A stretch of 64,000 nt of DNA from contig OY970166.1 in assembly GCA_963706595.1 (NCBI GenBank), forward strand, positions 1,632,001-1,696,000, read 5' to 3'. The stretch is from an uncultured cyanobacterium (lineage in GTDB: Bacteria > Cyanobacteriota > Cyanobacteriia > Cyanobacteriales > Nostocaceae). Position numbers and translations under genes: made by a program. This document shows positions 61,317 through 64,000 of the stretch, piece after piece (the stretch's first letter is position 1; each line of letters begins with the position of its first letter). The notes beneath the pieces are model-generated. The model made no database searches. It was not told the origin of the DNA and saw only the letters and a program-made list of their open reading frames with translations.

Positions 61317-62684
61317 TTGAATCAATCTAACTTCGTGCGTAATCTCCAAGAAACTCACTTAAACCGCGCCCGTGCTAGTCTCAGACAAGCGCTGTCTTGG
61401 TATGGATATATTCGCAAGTCAGGAAAGTTGTCATCAAACCCAGAATTTGTAGGCTTGCTGAAACCGGAATTAGACGCGTTGAACTCGACACTCAACAAAC
61501 TAGACTCCAATGTAATTAGAATTGCGGCTTTTGGTTTGGTGAGTCGAGGAAAATCAGCAGTGTTAAATGCTTTGCTAGGAGACAAGATTCTCCAAACTGG
61601 TCCTTTAAATGGTGTCACCCAATGGCCGCGTTCCGTGCGTTGGCAACCAGGAGGTAAGGTATTAGTAGAGTTAATTGATACCCCTGGATTAGATGAAATT
61701 GAGGGCGAGACACGGGCAAAAATGGCGCGAGAAGTGACGCGTCAGGCGGATTTGATTTTGTTTGTGGTTTCAGGTGATATTACGCGGACTGAGTATCGGG
61801 CTTTGCTGGAATTACGAAAAGCACAAAAGCCACTGATTTTGGTATTTAATAAAATCGATTTATATCCAGAAACAGACCGTTCCGCAATTTATGAGAATTT
61901 GCAACAACTAGGCGCAGGACATCCCCAAGCCAAGCCTTTACTACCGGATGAAATTGTCATGGTGGCGGCGGAACCAGGACCTATGGAAGTGCGGGTGGAG
62001 TGGCCTGATGGTCGTGTCAGCTATGAATGGGAGACTCCACAGCCCCAAATAGAGGAACTTCAGCAGACAATTTTAAATATTCTCAATCGGGAAGGGCGAT
62101 CGCTTCTGGCTTTAAATGCACTAATTCAAGCACGGGATGCGGAAGAGGCGATCGCGCAAAAAACTATGGACTTCCGCGACAAAGAAGCTGAAGATATTAT
62201 TTGGAAATTTACTAAATTTAAAGCCTTGGCAGTAGGATTAAATCCTGTACCTGTTTTAGATGTCATCTGTGGTACGGTTGCCGACTTAGCTTTGATTCGT
62301 TCTCTTGCCCGGTTATATGGCTTACCTATGACTAGCTATGAAGCCAGCAAAATTTTAAAGACGATTTTCTTTAGTTCTGGTGGTTTGCTGTTAGGAGAAA
62401 TAGGTAGTAGTTTGATGCTAGGTTTAGGTAAAAGTACGGCAGCGATCGCCAGTGGTGAAAATCCTCTGAATATTACTGCTTACGCTGGGACTGCGATCGC
62501 GCAATCTGGGATTGCAGGTTATGGTGCATACACAGTCGGTAAAGCCGCCCAAGTATATTTAGAAAAAGGTTGTACTTGGGGACAATTAGGAGCTAGCACA
62601 GTCATTCAAGAGATTTTATCTCAAGTTGACCACAATACAATTCTGTATCGCTTGCAACAGGAATTAGGCGCAAAGTATCAATAA
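61317..62684 (+). CDS. Era-like GTPase with DUF697-type C-terminus
   Basis: GLVSRGKS, DTPG, NKID; NPVPVLD. Confidence 0.88.
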   Translation: MNQSNFVRNLQETHLNRARASLRQALSWYGYIRKSGKLSSNPEFVGLLKPELDALNSTLNKLDSNVIRIAAFGLVSRGKSAVLNALLGDKILQTGPLNGVTQWPRSVRWQPGGKVLVELIDTPGLDEIEGETRAKMAREVTRQADLILFVVSGDITRTEYRALLELRKAQKPLILVFNKIDLYPETDRSAIYENLQQLGAGHPQAKPLLPDEIVMVAAEPGPMEVRVEWPDGRVSYEWETPQPQIEELQQTILNILNREGRSLLALNALIQARDAEEAIAQKTMDFRDKEAEDIIWKFTKFKALAVGLNPVPVLDVICGTVADLALIRSLARLYGLPMTSYEASKILKTIFFSSGGLLLGEIGSSLMLGLGKSTAAIASGENPLNITAYAGTAIAQSGIAGYGAYTVGKAAQVYLEKGCTWGQLGASTVIQEILSQVDHNTILYRLQQELGAKYQ

Positions 62685-62950
62685 TCGTGATCAAATCATT
62701 TTCCATCAAATTTTGATGACAACAGGTCTAAATTACCAAATTTAGATGCAAAATTAAGAAAATGAGGGAAAGAAAAATCAAGGCAAAAACTCCAAACAGA
62801 AATTTTATTTTTGGGGATTTTTTACCTTCATCTTACGGTGTTTACTACCAGACGCTTTTGATCAGCCTATCTACACTGGAAGTATAAGCTTTTGAGATCA
62901 TCTGAAGCTTACAGTCAATGTTCATCTCACTCAACACAGGTGAAAATATC

Positions 62951-63220
62951 ATGACAAAAACCCTAGAAGCCGTCCAATCTGCTGTTAACTCCGGGACTAC
63001 AACTCTTGATGAAGCTATCTTAGAATCTATTGTAGAAGCTCGTCAAACCTGCGACGTAGACGGAGACAATTCGGCTAACTGTGCTGTAGCTTGGGATATC
63101 GTCGAAGAATTACAAGCAGAAAAAGCGCACCAACAGCAAGCAAAACATCGCAAAACTGCTTTAGAAAGCTACTGTGAAACCCATCCAGAAGCCATAGAAT
63201 GCTTAATCTACGATGTTTAA
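62951..63220 (+). CDS. cp12: Calvin cycle regulator CP12
   Basis: C..CAVAWDIVEEL and YCETHPEAIECLIYD with both Cys pairs. Confidence 0.92.
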   Translation: MTKTLEAVQSAVNSGTTTLDEAILESIVEARQTCDVDGDNSANCAVAWDIVEELQAEKAHQQQAKHRKTALESYCETHPEAIECLIYDV

Positions 63221-64000
63221 CTTGTTCGTAAATCAGCAATGGCTGATTGCGTCATTTGTTTAATCGCATCTAAATCAGGTGGTGGTGTATCACTTTCCAT
63301 TCCTAACCATAAAAGATACTCGATATTTCCAGCCGGGCCAGTAATCGGCGACCAAGTTAAACCTTTGTATTTCCATCCTAATTGACAAGCCACTTGCAAC
63401 ACTTGGAAAATAGCATCAGCTTGGTCATGAGGATCGCGAACAACGCCTTTTTTGCCAACACGGGATTTTCCCACTTCAAACTGTGGCTTAACTAGCAAGA
63501 CTGCATCCCTGGGAGATTTAGTTAATCGCCACAAAGCCGGCAAAATCTTAGTTAAGGAAATAAACGATACATCCACCACCGCCAAATCAGGTATCTCGTC
63601 ACCTTCACTATACAAATCTTCGGGTGTGAGATTACGTAAATTGGTACGTTCTCTTAAAATCACCCGTGGATCATTTCTTAAACCCCAGTCAACTTGTCCA
63701 TAACCGACATCAATGCCGTAAACTTGTTTTGCTCCCGCTTGTAGCAAGCAATCGGTAAAACCGCCTGTAGAAATTCCCCCATCTAAACAAATGCGTCCGG
63801 TGGTGGAGATAGGGAAAGCATCCAAAGCCTTTATCAGTTTCTCACCTCCGCGAGACACAAAGCGCGATCGCTCTTTCACCTTAATTTGAGCCGCAATATC
63901 AACTTCTGTCCCAGCCTTATCCACCACCTGTTGATTAACAGTCACTTCTCCCGCTTGAATTAAGCGTTGTGCTAAGGCGCGAGAAGTGCATAAATTTAAA
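63217..64000 (-). CDS. tlyA: TlyA-family rRNA methyltransferase (5' end outside the window)
   Basis: FVSRGGEKL, STGGFTD, DVSFIS, VKPQFE, GNIEYL. Confidence 0.93.
   Translation of the reverse strand, partial: LNLCTSRALAQRLIQAGEVTVNQQVVDKAGTEVDIAAQIKVKERSRFVSRGGEKLIKALDAFPISTTGRICLDGGISTGGFTDCLLQAGAKQVYGIDVGYGQVDWGLRNDPRVILRERTNLRNLTPEDLYSEGDEIPDLAVVDVSFISLTKILPALWRLTKSPRDAVLLVKPQFEVGKSRVGKKGVVRDPHDQADAIFQVLQVACQLGWKYKGLTWSPITGPAGNIEYLLWLGMESDTPPPDLDAIKQMTQSAIADLRTS

Overview
AT-rich chromosomal window from a filamentous heterocyst-type cyanobacterium (Nostocales inferred from abundant HIP1 octamers GCGATCGC, STRR heptamer tandems, psaK and CP12). From left to right it carries: an arsR-pstSCAB-arsM-arsS arsenic/phosphate cluster; a ~12 kb HIP1-poor locus with a giant TPR/GT41 (SPINDLY-like O-GlcNAc transferase)/FkbM enzyme, three secreted Ser/Thr-rich proteins that all end in -ALD, and a 1106-aa probable outer-membrane beta-barrel (best candidate for an undescribed surface-glycoprotein export/assembly system); an orphan CIRCE box; oxidoreductases, a desaturase and a split TetR fusion; a Zur-box-marked zinc cluster; a TonB/ABC iron or heme uptake operon; psaK; an internally deleted IS607 and a tnpB-less IS605-type relic that both keep their omegaRNA ends; recQ, a frameshifted aas, pdhC, rtcB; and tRNA-Ala(CGC) followed by a small island with a Panacea-MazF toxin-antitoxin pair. 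Intergenic DNA is packed with MITE/REP-like elements, some nested with visible target-site duplications. All calls were made by eye from motifs; no database searches were run.
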